From contig NC_086108.1 in the NCBI RefSeq assembly GCF_963921235.1, forward strand, positions 43,464,001 through 43,528,000: a DNA stretch of 64,000 nucleotides, in the 5' to 3' direction. This DNA is from Mobula hypostoma (lineage: Eukaryota). A program made the position numbers and the translations under genes. Shown here piece after piece: positions 62,596 to 64,000 of the stretch. A model generated the notes under the pieces. That model ran no database searches, was not told where the DNA came from, and was given only the letters and a program-made list of their open reading frames with translations. How positions within the stretch are numbered: the stretch's first letter is position 1; every line of letters begins with the position of its first letter.

Positions 62596-64000
62596 TCGGA
62601 GATACAGTGAAAGGTTTTTGCTTGCATGTCATTCGGATATATTATTCGGCAAGGAAGTGGATGGAGCTAATACATAAAACAAAACAGAATCCAGAATATA
62701 GTGTTAGAGAGAATGTGCGGTGCAGGCTGATAAAGAAAGTGCAAAGACCGTGACTAAGGAACTTGGGAAATCAAGAGATTATCTTTCAGTGTATGAGAGG
62801 TGCGATACGGTAAAATGGAAGCTGTCCTTTAGTAATTGCCTGCTAAGTTTGGAATGCATTTCAAAGCTAAATGTTATACTTGACGATCAGACAGTGTGAA
62901 ATATTGCCTGAGAGCGTACCCAGTTTAAGGTGAAAAGTGTAAACTGAAAATGGTGGAAGCACTCCGCAGGTCAGGCAACATCTGTAGGAGGGGAAACAGG
63001 GTTAACATTTCAGTCAGCAGATCTTTGGCGGGGTCTCTGATACCTTCGCTATAACGTTAACTCCGTTTCTCTTTTCACAGGCGCTGACTGGCCTGCTGGC
63101 TGTTGCCACCATTTTGAAGTTTTATTTCAGATTTCCCGTACTTCCAGGTCTATTTCTTAAGGAAATAAATTTAAGCACCGTGAGGCGATTGTAAAAAGTC
63201 GGGCGCAAGTGGAACATCAAAATTTCCACGTCACTGCACCAGTTCGAGTGGGCACAGGATGGTAGGGGTATGATCCGGGTGCAGGTCGGTGGGAGTAGGT
63301 GTTTAACTAGTTCGGCATGGACTAAATGGGCCTGTTTCTCTGCTGTATTTTTCTATGAACCTATGACAGTTTTCGCTTTTATAGGAACGTCGTTTTTACT
63401 TTGTTTATGCAGCAAGCGAACAGATGCAGTTTCCCCCGAACCGCCCTTTGAAATTGGAACGCGATTTTTTTTACTGTTTGAACTCCCGAAAAATGATGCG
63501 GGATGAGCTTTCGTCCGGAACCACGGGGCCTTTCTAAAAGCGCCCCTGGGCTTTTAGCAACCCGGGCGCCGTGTGCTGTGAACGGGGAGGAGGCGGCTCA
63601 CCAGCTGTTTCGTTCCAAGATTTCCCTGGAAAGCAGAATTTTACCGTTTTGTGGCAGCGGTTTAGAAAAGTGAAGTGCAGAGTGGCGGAACTGCTCAGGT
63701 GACGGGGAGAAGGGTAGTGCCGCGGGAGACAGGGCGAATTCTGAACCAGGACAGTTTGCAGCGGGCACATGCTCTCCAAGACCGGCCGCCGCATACCTTA
63801 CTCAACTGGTGCCAACAATTCGAGTCCCTGACCAAGATTTGATAGTTACCAATTGGGAAATGGAGGCAATTATCTTTAGGATTTTGCTGACGTTAGCATT
63901 TTTACTTCTACTCGGTCTTGAGTGGTTCCTGTCCTGCCCGAGGTGAGATCGTGCCCCACTCCTGGCATACGGCATATTTAAAATTTACTTCACGAGTCAT

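Overview
Vertebrate genomic DNA. The repeat content (abundant CR1 LINEs, Penelope-like elements, an HE1-like SINE, Rex1-clade LINEs) suggests a cartilaginous fish, probably a ray; this is an inference. Host genes, all on the + strand: the last five coding exons and 3' UTR of CDC14A (7491-7606, 10664-10711, 23833-23958, 25722-26040, 38858-38887, with GT-AG junctions and consistent phases), then an intact single-coding-exon GPR88 (60193-61191) in a CpG island. This is the same gene order as in human. Most of the rest is decayed or nested transposons: CR1, Rex1, Penelope-like, Tc1, pogo, hAT, solo LTRs and SINEs. Most notable observations: (1) a complete HDV-like ribozyme fold, with an unusual hairpin inserted in L3, at the 5' end of a TSD-flanked non-coding RTE-type element (16407-16601, minus strand); (2) minimal hammerhead ribozyme motifs in Penelope termini, including an inverted pair; (3) an inverted duplication of about 450 bp of the GPR88 5' region with asymmetric CpG decay; (4) an exact 35-bp templated insertion inside a Tc1 element; (5) a minisatellite expanded inside a solo LTR. 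All homology calls come from motif recognition by eye, not database searches, and most repeat boundaries are approximate.
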